64,000 nucleotides of DNA from an uncultured Alphaproteobacteria bacterium (GTDB lineage Bacteria > Pseudomonadota > Alphaproteobacteria > Rhizobiales > Aestuariivirgaceae): the NCBI GenBank assembly GCA_963700735.1, contig CAVOYR010000002.1:34460-98459 (forward strand), in the 5' to 3' direction. This document shows, piece by piece, positions 26,559 through 36,587 of this stretch (positions are counted from its first letter, which is position 1; each line of letters opens with the position of its first letter). Both the position numbers and the translations under genes were made by a program. The notes beneath the pieces were generated by a model. That model worked only from the letters and a program-made list of their open reading frames with translations, searched no databases and was not told the DNA's origin.

Positions 26559-27486
26559 TCATACCGTGGTCACCTGCGCCGCGATAGCCTTGCGGCGGCG
26601 TTCCAGGTGCGCCTCGCGCAGCGCGATGTATCCACCGGCCGCGGCAACGATGGCCGCCCCCGCCCACGTCCAGCCGGACGGCACGTCATCCCACACCAGC
26701 CAGCCGATGATGGCCCCCCAGATCAGCGCCATGTACTCCTGCGGTGCCACTACCGCGGCAGGCGCATTGCGGTACGCAATCGCCCACCAGGTAGTGCGCA
26801 CCGCCTCCCAGCAGGCCCAGCGCAGCAAACCCGCCCAGGTGATCGAGGCCGGGCGTCTGCCAGTTCAGCGCCGCCAGCGGCCCGAACACCACCAGGGACA
26901 CAACCGTCGTCCAGGTAAACATGCCCGCCACCGTTTCCGTGCGCGACAGCCGGCGGGTATAGGTGATGCCCATGGCAAACACGAACGCCGACACCACGAT
27001 GATCAGCATCTCCGGCTGGAAACTGTCAGTGCCCGGCCGCACGATCACCAGCATGCCGATGAACCCGACCACCACCGCAATCCAGCGCGGCACGCCAACC
27101 TTCTCGCCCAGCATCGGCACCGACAGCGCCGTGATGAACAAAGGTGCGGTGAACGCCACCGCGATGGCATCGGCCAGCGGCACGTATTTCAGCCCCCAGA
27201 AGAACAGCGCCAGCGCGCTCGACATCAGCACCGCACGCACCGCATGCGCGACCGGCCGGCGCGTGCGCACGGCCTGCCAGCCGTTCCACCACACCACCAG
27301 CGCCAGCGGCAGCAAACCGAACAGATACCGGAAGAATACGATCTGCGGTGAGCCGAAGCCCTCGCCGCCACCCCACTTGCCGATGGCGTCGGCCACCGAG
27401 AACAGCACCACGGCGGCCCACATCGCAGCGAGGCCTTGCGTCACAGATCCTGCATCGCGGCTGACATGGTGTTCGGGCGCAGTCAT
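26559..27486 (-). CDS. DMT/EamA transporter; frameshift near 26790
   Basis: ORF 26686-27486 continues as AYRNAPAAVVAPQEY.. in ORF 26559-26828. Confidence 0.85.
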
Positions 27487-27620
27487 GGGAACTGGTTGTA
27501 GCCCGGCCCCGTTGTCGCGTCACGGGTCAAACCGGGCCTTGTGCCATGCCCTCAGCGCATGGCGGCTGGCCGGGTGCCCCAATCCACAATTGCCATGAAC
27601 TGTGATTTATTGCCGCCTCC

Positions 27621-28838
27621 ATGAAACCAGAAATCCTGTCAGATCCCGTCGCCGAGACGACAGCCGTCCGCCCCCGCGCGCCCTATGGCATCCTTATCGC
27701 CATGGCCGCCGTCGGCCCGCTGGCGCTCAACATCTTCATTCCCTCGATGCCCGGCCTGCAGGCCACGTTCAACACCACGCCCGGCATCGTGCAGTTGACG
27801 TTAAGTGTCTATCTGGCAGGTCTTGCCCTGTGCCAGTTGCTCTATGGCCCGCTGTCGGACCGCTATGGCCGCCGCCCCATGCTGATCGCCGGCATGGTGC
27901 TGTTCTCCGTTGCCAGCATTGCCTGCGCACTGGCCACCAGTATCGAGATGCTCATCGTGGCCCGCTGCGTTCAGGCAATCGGCGGGGCATCCGGCATGAT
28001 CCTGTCGCGGGCCATCGTGCGCGACATGTTCTCGCGTGAGCGCTCCGCCTCCGTGCTCGGCTACATCACCATGGCCTGGGTCGTCGCGCCCATGGTTGCA
28101 CCCCTGATCGGCGGCATCCTCGACCAGTACTTCTCGTTCCGGGCCAGCTTCTGGCTGCTCGCCCTCATCGGCACGCTGGTGGCGGCAGGGGCTGTGTGGT
28201 CGCTGCCGGAGACGAACGCCAACCTGCAACCGAAGGCCGCGCTGATCCGCACCCGCCTGTACGCCGAACTTCTGCGCAATCGCGATTTCCGCGGCTACAC
28301 CGCCACCATGTCGGCAGGTGCTGCGGTGTTCTTCATCTATCTGGCCGTGGCGCCCTACATCATCATCACCGAGCGCGGCTTCAGCCCGGTCCACTACGGC
28401 ATGTGGACCATCGCGGCAGCACTGGGATACATGGCCGGCAACTTCGCCTCGGGCCGTTTTTCCGAACGCCTCGGCAATGACCGCATGATCTCCATCGGCA
28501 ACTGGCTCACGCTCGGCGGCACCACGGGCATGCTGGTACTGGCGATTGCAGGGTTCATCCACCCGGCGTCGCTGTTCGTGCCCATGGCGCTGAGCGCCTT
28601 CGGCAATGGCCTGACCATTCCCAACGCCCTGACCGCCGCCATCTCGGTGGACCCGAAGAACATCGGCTCGGGCGCAGGGCTCGCGGGCTTCATCCAGATG
28701 ACAATCGGTGCCGTCGCCTCGCAGTCGGTCGGCTATGCGCAAGGCACCTGGCACCACACCGGCTTCTGGGCCATGGCGGTGTTCGCCATCCTCGCGCTTG
28801 TCAGCAACCCCTCCCGGCGCGGCAGACCTCAGCAGTAG
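27621..28838 (+). CDS. Bcr/CflA family MFS efflux transporter
   Basis: QLLYGPLSDRYGRRP motif A, RAIVRD, LPET. Confidence 0.92.
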   Translation: MKPEILSDPVAETTAVRPRAPYGILIAMAAVGPLALNIFIPSMPGLQATFNTTPGIVQLTLSVYLAGLALCQLLYGPLSDRYGRRPMLIAGMVLFSVASIACALATSIEMLIVARCVQAIGGASGMILSRAIVRDMFSRERSASVLGYITMAWVVAPMVAPLIGGILDQYFSFRASFWLLALIGTLVAAGAVWSLPETNANLQPKAALIRTRLYAELLRNRDFRGYTATMSAGAAVFFIYLAVAPYIIITERGFSPVHYGMWTIAAALGYMAGNFASGRFSERLGNDRMISIGNWLTLGGTTGMLVLAIAGFIHPASLFVPMALSAFGNGLTIPNALTAAISVDPKNIGSGAGLAGFIQMTIGAVASQSVGYAQGTWHHTGFWAMAVFAILALVSNPSRRGRPQQ

Positions 28839-29134
28839 ACCTTGCCGCACTCCTCAATGCGGAACTTGGTCGAGTTGCTGTCACGCTCGATGTCGAAGTC
28901 GCGCCCGTCGGTGCAGTGCACCTTCGCCTTCACGGCCATGTCCGCTCCTTCGCCCTTCACCTCTTCAGCGACGTAATATTCCACCTTGCAGAACTGCTGT
29001 TCGAGCAATTGCTGCTCCACAAGCTGTTTCCACACCGGTGTCTGGGCGTGGCCCACCGGTGCAAGGCTCAAGGCCCCGGCCATCACGGCGCTCAGCAGCA
29101 TCAGGCGAGGCAAGGTTTGAATGGATCTGGTCAT
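28829..29134 (-). CDS. small secreted Cys-containing hypothetical protein
   Basis: Signal peptide, VHCTDGRDF, four Cys. Confidence 0.6.
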   Translation of the reverse strand: MTRSIQTLPRLMLLSAVMAGALSLAPVGHAQTPVWKQLVEQQLLEQQFCKVEYYVAEEVKGEGADMAVKAKVHCTDGRDFDIERDSNSTKFRIEECGKVYC

Positions 29135-29285
29135 TGGCGAAAGTCTCCTGGGCAATTGTCATCCTGGTTGATGTGACCAGTGTCGCCCCATGGCGGCCGC
29201 CCTGCATTGACAGGGATCAAGCGGCCCCGCAGTTGCGGCAACAAGGCCTTTGCAGCCCGCCCGCGGGCAGGCATAGTCTCGACCC

Positions 29286-29681
29286 ATGAACAAGGATTCG
29301 ACTGAAGCCCCGCGGGGCGCCCTCACCATGCGCGTCATTGCCATGCCCGCCGACGCGAACGCCGCCGGCGACGTTTTCGGTGGCTGGGTCATGGCCCAGA
29401 TGGACCTTGCCGCCGGCATCCGCTCCAGCGAGCGCGCCTCCGGACGCGTCGTCACGGCCGCCATCAACGCGTTGTCGTTCAAGCTGCCGGTCAAGATCGG
29501 CGACACGCTCGAGCTCTACACCGACGTGGTCAAGGTTGGCCGCACCTCGATGACCATCGACGTCGAGGCCTGGGCCCAGCGCTACCTCACCCGCAACAAG
29601 GTAAAGGTCACCGACGCCGACTTTGTCATGGTCGCCGTCGATGCCGAGGGGCGCCCGCGCGAAGTGCCCGCCGAAGAGTAG
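29286..29681 (+). CDS. acyl-CoA thioesterase (YciA-like hotdog)
   Basis: MPADANAAGDVFGGWVMAQMD, VGRTSM. Confidence 0.92.
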   Translation: MNKDSTEAPRGALTMRVIAMPADANAAGDVFGGWVMAQMDLAAGIRSSERASGRVVTAAINALSFKLPVKIGDTLELYTDVVKVGRTSMTIDVEAWAQRYLTRNKVKVTDADFVMVAVDAEGRPREVPAEE

Positions 29682-29682
29682 C

Positions 29683-30030
29683 CTACTCCTCCACCACCAT
29701 CTCGAAGCCGCCATAGATCATGCGCTTGCCGTCGAACGGCATGTCTTCCATCTTCATGCGCTCGTCTTCCATCATCTTCGCCCAGCCCTCGTCGCGGGCC
29801 TTCTTCGATGGCCACACCACCCACGAGAACACAACCGTCTCGTCGTCCGCCTTCTTCACGGCCATCGGAAACGATGTCAGCTTGCCGTCGGGCACATCAT
29901 CGCCCCAGCACTCGACCAGCTTCGATGCACCAAACTCCTTGAACATCGTCGCGGCCCGGCGGGCATGGTCCACGTACTTCTGCTTGTTGGCATTCGGCAC
30001 GGCGGCCACAAATCCATCAACGTACGTCAT
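29683..30030 (-). CDS. DUF1428 (YbaA-like) protein
   Basis: YVDGFVAAVP, ECWGDDVPDGKLTSFP, MPFDGKRMIYGGF. Confidence 0.92.
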   Translation of the reverse strand: MTYVDGFVAAVPNANKQKYVDHARRAATMFKEFGASKLVECWGDDVPDGKLTSFPMAVKKADDETVVFSWVVWPSKKARDEGWAKMMEDERMKMEDMPFDGKRMIYGGFEMVVEE

Positions 30031-30045
30031 CTCTTGTTCTCCTTT

Positions 30046-30177
30046 TCACTCACCGTTGAACGCAGCCCGCACGGCTGCAATGTCGATCTTCTTCATATGC
30101 ATCATCGCCTGCATGGCCCGGCCTTGGAGCCCGCCATCAAGGCACCAGCAGGTCCTGACTTTCGATTGCAGTTTCAC
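30046..30177 (-). pseudogene. internally deleted VOC/PhnB-like gene remnant (43 aa, in frame)
   Basis: AGGAGG RBS and GTG: MKLQSKVRTCWCLDGGLQGRAMQAMMHMKKIDIAAVRAAFNGE*; reads as the N- and C-terminal ends of a PhnB-like protein joined together. Confidence 0.65.
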
Positions 30178-30189
30178 GACAGGTCCTCC

Positions 30190-30651
30190 TCACAAGCCCT
30201 TGGCAAGTTCTTCAAGCTGGTCAGCCGCCGCGCCCCAGCCTTCGTGAAATCCCATGGCCTCGTGCTCGGCCTTCAACTCAGCCTTCCAGTGCTGCGCCAC
30301 GGCGGTGTACTTCGTCCGGCCGCCGCCTGCGTCTTCCAGCGTCACATGCGCCACCATGAACGGCTTCCCCGACGGCTTCCACCCGGGCACGAACGCATCG
30401 GAGAACACGAACCGCCTGCCCGGCTCAACCGCCAGCACCACGCCGGTGTTGGCAAATTCCTCACCATCGGGGCCGTGCATCACGCTGGAGAATTCACCGC
30501 CCGGCGTCAGATCAAGCCGCACGTCCGTGACGTACCAGGGCTTGGGGCAGAACCACTTCTCCAGCAGGCTCGGCTCGCTCCAGCATTGCCAGACCTTGTC
30601 GCGTGGCGCGTCCATGACCCGCTCCAGCCTCAACTCGTGTGCATCGCTCAT
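30190..30651 (-). CDS. SRPBCC/AHSA1-like protein
   Basis: LERVMDAPRDKVW, KWFCPKPW, HEAMGFHEGWG. Confidence 0.9.
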   Translation of the reverse strand: MSDAHELRLERVMDAPRDKVWQCWSEPSLLEKWFCPKPWYVTDVRLDLTPGGEFSSVMHGPDGEEFANTGVVLAVEPGRRFVFSDAFVPGWKPSGKPFMVAHVTLEDAGGGRTKYTAVAQHWKAELKAEHEAMGFHEGWGAAADQLEELAKGL

Positions 30652-31259
30652 GTCGTCACTCCTTTCTTGAACAACAAACTCACATACCGCTTAAGGTGAT
30701 CGACCGACTGGACCGCGATTTCCGGTCCGCCCCTGGCCTTCGCCAGGATGAACGCGCCCTGCAACACCGCCTGCGTATGCAGGGCCAGGCTGGCCGCATC
30801 CCATCCGTCCGGCTCGATGCCGTACGTCTGTATGGCCGCCTCGATGTCCTGCCCGATCACGGCGGCATGCTTGCTGATCGTTATGTCGCAGGCGTCGCGG
30901 ATGGCCGGCGCGCTCTGGTAGGCTTCCTGCACCATCGTGCCGACGAGACAGGTGAACTCGCTCACCTCACCGGCCAGGATCTCGCGGCGGAAATCGATGT
31001 AGCCCAGAACCCGCTCCAGCGGGTCGTCGAGCTGCCGGTAGGCTTGCGCGGCAAAGAAGGCCGAGGTCATCTCGTCCCAGTGGCGCGCTGCCTCCACACC
31101 CAACTGCTCCTTGCTGGCGAAATGATGAAAGAACGCACCCTTCGTCACGCCCGCCTGCTTGCACAGGTCATCCACCGACGTCGCCGCGAATCCCCTTTCG
31201 CGCACCATGGCCACTGCGGCCTCCATCAACTTGTCTCGCGCCGTCGCTTTCATGCTCAT
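30648..31259 (-). CDS. TetR/AcrR regulator (NemR-like)
   Basis: GFAATSVDDLCKQAGVTKGAFFHHFASKEQL HTH. Confidence 0.92.
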   Translation of the reverse strand: MSMKATARDKLMEAAVAMVRERGFAATSVDDLCKQAGVTKGAFFHHFASKEQLGVEAARHWDEMTSAFFAAQAYRQLDDPLERVLGYIDFRREILAGEVSEFTCLVGTMVQEAYQSAPAIRDACDITISKHAAVIGQDIEAAIQTYGIEPDGWDAASLALHTQAVLQGAFILAKARGGPEIAVQSVDHLKRYVSLLFKKGVTT

Positions 31260-31260
31260 A

Positions 31261-31288
31261 ACATACCAACCGGTCGGTATGTGTCAAT
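31261..31288 (-). promoter_or_regulatory. TetR operator palindrome overlapping the promoter
   Basis: ACATACC-AACCGGTC-GGTATGT inverted repeat; minus strand reads TTGACA-N16-TATGTT directly before the start codons. Confidence 0.75.
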
Positions 31289-31406
31289 CCTCCTCTGGTG
31301 GAAGGTGGCATGCGGTTTGCAGCCAGCCCAACCGGCTACGACACAGGCCAGCAGCCTGTCCGGTTTTGGCGCGGACACAAGCGGCCAGGATTGAAAAGGC
31401 GACCCC

Positions 31407-33788
31407 ATGACAGGTCAGATATCTCTTGAAACCGCAGAGATCAGCATCGGCGAGGCAGACGGCGTCGTTTACATCCCCATCGTGCGGACGGGCGATCTGT
31501 CGGGCGCCGTCAACATCGAGTGGGCCACCACCAACGACACCGCCACCACGGCCGACTATGCGGGCACGTCCGGCATCGCCCGCATGGCCGCCGGTCAGGA
31601 CCGCGTCCTGATCGCCGTCTCGATCACCAACGACAACGTGCGCGAAGCAACCGAAACGTTCGTCCTGTCCATCATCAACGTGGACTCGGGCTTCCTGCAG
31701 TTTCCCCGCACGTCCCGCATCGAGATACTTGATGATGAAAGTCCGGTCACCGATCCGGCGGAGCCACCACTCGTGTCAGACTATGAGGTGGACCAGCAGG
31801 CCATCATCACCGGGTTGACCCAACCGATTGCCTTCGAGTTCCTGCCTGCCAATGACCGGCTCATGGTCGTGGCGGAGAAAAGCGGACTGATCGAAGTATA
31901 CAACACCGCCACCGGCCAGCTGAGCTCCACGCTGCTGGACCTGCGCGGTGAAGTGAACAACGTCCAGGATCGGGGGTTGCTGGACATCGCCTTCCACCCC
32001 GATCTTGATAACAACCCCTATCTCTATGCCTTCTACGTGGTTGACCCGTCGCAAACCCAGGGGCGGACCGGCAATGCTGGCCCTGATGGTGCCGGCAACC
32101 GCTACTCCCATGTCGCCCGCTTCACTCTCGACGAAGCAACTGGCTACACCACCGTTGTGGCAAATTCCAAGGTCGTGCTGCTCGGTGGCGCCGGCACGTC
32201 CCTCAGTGACATTTCCGGCGGCGGCGCCATCGACTCCACGTCCAACCTGACAATCCGGGCATCAGACATCAACCCCACGACCGGCGAATACATTCAGGAC
32301 TACATCAAGGTTGATTCCCGCTCGCACGCTGGCGGATCGATCGAATTCGGACCCGACGGTGCACTGTATGTGGCGACCGGCGACGGCACCTCGTTCAATG
32401 CCACCGATCCACGCACGGTCAGCGTACTGGACACGGACTCGCTGGCCGGCAAGGTCCTGCGGGTAGACCCGCTGACCGGACGCGGTCTTGCGGACAATCC
32501 GTTCGTCGAACCCGGCACCGATCTGAACTCGAATGCTGCCAAGGTCTATCAGCTTGGCTTCCGCAACCCGTTCTCGATGAGCTTCGATGCCGAAGGCCAG
32601 CTGATCGTCACCAACACGGGCTGGAACACCTATGAAGCCTTGTTCAAGGGCGGCCCCGGCGCCAACTTCGGCTGGCCGTTCTACGAAGGTGGCGACAAAG
32701 GCACACTCCTGCAGACCAACGGTTACAAGAACTTGCCGGAGGCACAGGCCTTCTACGCTGCAGTGGCGCGCGGCGATATCGAGATCACCGCGGCTTTCCG
32801 CGCCTTCGGCCATGCCTCATCTGTTCCGGGTTTCCAGGTGCAAGCCATTTCCGGCGCCGACGACATCATCAATTCGGGTCGCTACCCCGACGCGCTGCAA
32901 GGCCACTACATCTTCACGGACGTGAGCCAGGGTGAAGTGTTTTCAGTCGACATCAATGACCGCCGGGACGTGCAGTTCCTGTACAAGACAGACAATGGCT
33001 TCGGACCGGTACACCTGAAGCAGGGTCCCGACGGCTATATGTACTACGCCGATCTGGTAACCGGACAGATCGGCCGCCTGCTCATCACGGACCCGTCTGG
33101 CGAAATCGGAAACTTCGTCAACGACAACCCGGCCGCGAACCAGGAACTCACCGGCACTGCGGGCATTGACGCCTTCGTGCTTGAAGGCGCCACGAACGAC
33201 TATGGCTACGGCCTGACTGCAGATCAGACCGGTATTGTTGTCTGGCAGGGCAGCCGCTTTGACATTCTGCGCAACTTCGAATTCATCGAGTTCGCCGATG
33301 AACTGGTGGATGTGCGTCCGCTGCTTCAGCCGCCGTCAGGAAACGTCATCGACGACATTGCAGGCGTAACGCAGTTCGTCGACGGACCAACCGCAGACGA
33401 CACCTTTGCGGTCAACGATGTGTCCACGAACTATGGCTGGGGCCTGACGCAGGACCAGCAGGGCATCGTTGTCTGGTCCGGCAGCAATTTCGACATCCTG
33501 ACCAACGTCGAGACCTTGCAGTTCACCGACAGGTCCATTGACCTCACCACCTTCTTCGATGGTGGCGGCGGCAATGACGGATCGGTGGCAGACATCGCCA
33601 ACCAGACACAGTACCTGCAGGGAACCTCAGGCACGGACATCTTCGTGATTGACGGCACCTCCACCGACTACCAGTGGGGCCGCACCGCAGATGACCAGGA
33701 TCATGTCGTGTGGGGTCCGACCGGGTTCGACCTGCTGTACGACTGGGAACAGATCAGGTTCAACGACACGGTCATCGACCTCGTCTGA
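31407..33788 (+). CDS. Calx-beta + PQQ-dependent glucose/sorbosone dehydrogenase-like propeller + acidic C-terminal repeats
   Basis: Calx-beta N-terminus (EADGVVYIPIVRTG..EILDDE), DRGLLDIAFHP, HAGGSIEFGPDGALYVATGD, GFRNPF, NFGWP; three ~75-aa repeats ending D.L.N.E.I.F.D. Confidence 0.8.
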   Translation: MTGQISLETAEISIGEADGVVYIPIVRTGDLSGAVNIEWATTNDTATTADYAGTSGIARMAAGQDRVLIAVSITNDNVREATETFVLSIINVDSGFLQFPRTSRIEILDDESPVTDPAEPPLVSDYEVDQQAIITGLTQPIAFEFLPANDRLMVVAEKSGLIEVYNTATGQLSSTLLDLRGEVNNVQDRGLLDIAFHPDLDNNPYLYAFYVVDPSQTQGRTGNAGPDGAGNRYSHVARFTLDEATGYTTVVANSKVVLLGGAGTSLSDISGGGAIDSTSNLTIRASDINPTTGEYIQDYIKVDSRSHAGGSIEFGPDGALYVATGDGTSFNATDPRTVSVLDTDSLAGKVLRVDPLTGRGLADNPFVEPGTDLNSNAAKVYQLGFRNPFSMSFDAEGQLIVTNTGWNTYEALFKGGPGANFGWPFYEGGDKGTLLQTNGYKNLPEAQAFYAAVARGDIEITAAFRAFGHASSVPGFQVQAISGADDIINSGRYPDALQGHYIFTDVSQGEVFSVDINDRRDVQFLYKTDNGFGPVHLKQGPDGYMYYADLVTGQIGRLLITDPSGEIGNFVNDNPAANQELTGTAGIDAFVLEGATNDYGYGLTADQTGIVVWQGSRFDILRNFEFIEFADELVDVRPLLQPPSGNVIDDIAGVTQFVDGPTADDTFAVNDVSTNYGWGLTQDQQGIVVWSGSNFDILTNVETLQFTDRSIDLTTFFDGGGGNDGSVADIANQTQYLQGTSGTDIFVIDGTSTDYQWGRTADDQDHVVWGPTGFDLLYDWEQIRFNDTVIDLV

Positions 33789-33861
33789 CCCGTTCGTCAG
33801 CGTCTGCACGCTCCCCGACATCGAACAGGGCCGGCCAGCACCGGCCCCCGGCAAGAGCGGC

Positions 33862-34185
33862 CTACCAGCCGCTTTTCACGTAGGCATCACCCACGCCAAG
33901 GCTGCGGAATTCAGCCTTCCAGCTTTCCGCCTCGCCGCGGATGTAGGGGCCTTGCACGGCACACCACCAGCCGGGACGGAAGTTCGGATAGTCGTCGGTG
34001 CGCACCACTTCCGCGCCAAGCCGCCGTGCCCGCTTGCGTGCGGCAGAGCGCGACTGGAAACAGCCGCCAATGGCGAAATACTCACCGGCAATGCCGTCGG
34101 ATGCCTGGGCAGGCGTGGTCGAGGTTACGGCCGCACCGGCCAGTAATGCGAAAGCAGCGGCGGCGGGGATCAATGTCTTGAACAT
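33862..34185 (-). CDS. small secreted protein (possibly SPOR-like)
   Basis: Signal peptide, YPNFRPGWWCAVQGPY, DAYVKSGW. Confidence 0.65.
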   Translation of the reverse strand: MFKTLIPAAAAFALLAGAAVTSTTPAQASDGIAGEYFAIGGCFQSRSAARKRARRLGAEVVRTDDYPNFRPGWWCAVQGPYIRGEAESWKAEFRSLGVGDAYVKSGW

Positions 34186-34267
34186 GGCAAGTCTCCGTCA
34201 TTGTTGTGGGGCAGTCGGGCTGATGCTGCTGCAGTCTGCCTGAATGGGTGATGAACGCAACGGCAAC

Positions 34268-35059
34268 TTAGACGTGTTGCTGTTGCCAGGATGTGACAAT
34301 CCTCACAAGCGCATCCAGCCCGTCGGTCAGCGCTGCCGGCCCCGGTTGCAGGATCAGCGGCGACTTGATCTCGTGCAATTGCCCGTCGCGCACCGCCGGT
34401 ATCGCGTCCCACCCCGCCCGCGCCGCCACCTTGCCGCCCATGAACTTCTTGCCGCACCACGACCCGATGATGATGTCAGGTGCTGCCGCGATCACGTCGC
34501 CGGGCTGGATGATCCGGTCCTTCGCCGCCTGCTGGACCCGCAGATGCGCGAAGCAGTCCTCGGCCCCCGCCACCTCGATCAGCTCCGACACCCAGCCGAT
34601 GCCGGTGATCATCGGCTCGTCCCATTCCTCGAAATACACCCGTGGCCGCAGCCTGGGCGCTGATGTCTTGAGCGCCGCGATCCGGCTGCGCCAGCCTGCC
34701 ACCAGGGCCGCCGCTTCCTCGCGCGCATCCACCATCGCGCCCAGCGTCTGCACCATGTCAAGGATGCCCTGCACATCGCGCTGGTTGAAGCAGTGTACCG
34801 CAATGCCATGCCGGATAACGTCCGCCGCGATGTCGGCCTGCAGGTCCGAGAACGCCAGCACCAGATCCGGCTTCAGCGCCAGGATCTTGTCGGTGTTGGC
34901 CGAGGTGAACGCCGCCACGCGCGGTTTCTCCTTGCGCACCCGCGCCGGCCGCACGGCATAGCCCGTCACGCCCGCAATCAGGTGATCGCGCCCCATCAGG
35001 TACAGCGCCTCGACAGTTTCCTCGGTCAGGCACACGATGCGTTCGGGCGGATAGGCCAA
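34268..35059 (-). CDS. helical-backbone (BtuF-like) binding protein, no signal peptide
   Basis: PERIVCLTEETVE, KPDLVLAFSDLQ, YFEEWDEP, ILQPGPAAL; TTG start. Confidence 0.88.
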   Translation of the reverse strand: MAYPPERIVCLTEETVEALYLMGRDHLIAGVTGYAVRPARVRKEKPRVAAFTSANTDKILALKPDLVLAFSDLQADIAADVIRHGIAVHCFNQRDVQGILDMVQTLGAMVDAREEAAALVAGWRSRIAALKTSAPRLRPRVYFEEWDEPMITGIGWVSELIEVAGAEDCFAHLRVQQAAKDRIIQPGDVIAAAPDIIIGSWCGKKFMGGKVAARAGWDAIPAVRDGQLHEIKSPLILQPGPAALTDGLDALVRIVTSWQQQHV

Positions 35060-35070
35060 CTCATTCTTCC

Positions 35071-35121
35071 CTTGTCGCGCAATTGGTCCGGAAACCAGCT
35101 CCCGCTTCCCGGATTGCGCTC
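35071..35121. repeat. RIME-like palindromic intergenic element, copy 1
   Basis: CTTGTCGCGCAA..TCCGGAAACC..CC..CTT.CCGG.TTGCGCTC; near-identical to 59934-59984. Confidence 0.75.
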
Positions 35122-35908
35122 AATAGTACCCCTCCGCCGGCCCCTTGTACTCCATCAGCGTGTTGCCGCCGTCCGCCACGATCAGCTGGCCCGTCACGAA
35201 GCTCGCCTCTTCGCTGGCCAGGAACACCGCAACATGCCCGATCTCGTCCGCCGTGCCGGGCCGGCCGATGGGCGCCTGCTGGCCCGCGAACACTTCCTCC
35301 GGGCTCGACGAGGGCGTCTCGATCCACCCCGGCCCGATGCCGTTCACTGTGATGTTGTATTCCGCCAGCTCGATCGCCTGCGCCCGCGTCATGCCCATGA
35401 TGCCGGCCTTGGCGGCGGAATAGATCGTGCCCTTGGGATTGCTCACCAGTGGCCCCGTCACCGAGCTCATGTTGACGATGCGGCCATAGCGGCGCTCGAT
35501 CATCCCCGGCACCACCGCGCGCGTCACCTTGAACACCGTGGTGATGTTGATGTCCATGCCGCGCCGCCACTGCGCGTCCGGTATCTCGTGCACCAGCCGC
35601 GACGGCTCGTCGTGACCGGTCTGCACCATGCCGGCATTGTTGACTACGATGTCGATGGGACCGAGTGCTGCCTCCACCGCCCGCACCAGCGCGTTGACCT
35701 GCTCTGTCTCCACCAGGTCCGCCACGTGCGCAATCGTACCATCGCCCAGGTCCTTCGCCCGCTCGTGGATGCGCGGCGTGGTCGACGTTACAGCCACCTT
35801 CGCGCCCGCCGCCTTCAGCAGCCGCGCGCACGCAAACCCGATGCCGCCCGCGCTGCCCGCCCCCGTCACCAGCGCCACCCTGTCCTTCACGCCTGCCATC
35901 TCACGCAC
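35120..35908 (-). CDS. SDR family oxidoreductase
   Basis: TGAGSAGGIG, NNAG, YSAAK, PGWIET. Confidence 0.92.
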   Translation of the reverse strand: MREMAGVKDRVALVTGAGSAGGIGFACARLLKAAGAKVAVTSTTPRIHERAKDLGDGTIAHVADLVETEQVNALVRAVEAALGPIDIVVNNAGMVQTGHDEPSRLVHEIPDAQWRRGMDINITTVFKVTRAVVPGMIERRYGRIVNMSSVTGPLVSNPKGTIYSAAKAGIMGMTRAQAIELAEYNITVNGIGPGWIETPSSSPEEVFAGQQAPIGRPGTADEIGHVAVFLASEEASFVTGQLIVADGGNTLMEYKGPAEGYY

Positions 35909-35978
35909 CCTTGAATTGCCATGCTTGCCTGATCATGTTGCTCTCAACCGCATAGTCAACCCGGAGACCGCTCGTCCC

Positions 35979-36434
35979 ATGAACCGTTTCATCCTCGGCC
36001 TCGCCGCCCTCATTGCGCTGACGCCCGCAGCTCTGGCCAGTCCGCTGTCATTCGACGTGAAGAAAACCGCCTCCTGTGGCTGCTGCCAGCACTGGATCGA
36101 CTACATTGAGGCCGCCGGCCACAAGGTCGAAACCTCCAACATGGACATGGGCTCGCTCACCCGGCACAAGATGAAACTGGGCATGCAGCCGCAATACGCC
36201 TCCTGCCACACAGCCACCGTCAACGGCTATGTCATCGAGGGCCACGTGCCGGTCGAGGACATCGTCCGCCTGCTGCAGGAAAAGCCCAATGCCATCGGCC
36301 TCAGCGCACCGGGCATGCCGGTTGGCTCGCCCGGCATGGAAGGCGGCAGCACCTACCGCGAGGCCCACGACGTGGTGCTGGTGATGAAGGATGGCAGCTC
36401 GAAGGTCTGGACCTCCTACGCAGCGCGGGATTGA
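35979..36434 (+). CDS. DUF411 (CopG-like) metal-binding periplasmic protein
   Basis: SCGCCQHW, SCHTA..YVIEGHVP, PGMPVGSPGME. Confidence 0.92.
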   Translation: MNRFILGLAALIALTPAALASPLSFDVKKTASCGCCQHWIDYIEAAGHKVETSNMDMGSLTRHKMKLGMQPQYASCHTATVNGYVIEGHVPVEDIVRLLQEKPNAIGLSAPGMPVGSPGMEGGSTYREAHDVVLVMKDGSSKVWTSYAARD

Positions 36435-36449
36435 TTTCATACACTGCGG

Positions 36450-36566
36450 TGTCATCCCGGACCGCGCTCCCATCCAGACCGTCACCCCGGCGAAGACCGG
36501 GGTCCAACAACAACACCTGCGGGCTTTGGAAATGCCTCTTGGATGCCAGCCTGCGCTGCCATGACG
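36450..36566. repeat. REP-like palindromic element
   Basis: GTCACCCCGG-CGAAGA-CCGGGGTCCA ... TGGATGCCAGC..CATGAC between convergent genes. Confidence 0.65.
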
Positions 36567-36587
36567 ATACTATGGACGGCACCCAAC

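Noticed and set aside
34268-35121. Cobalamin riboswitch upstream of the BtuF-like gene
   Set aside because: The 60-bp gap is filled by the RIME-like repeat; no B12-box seen.
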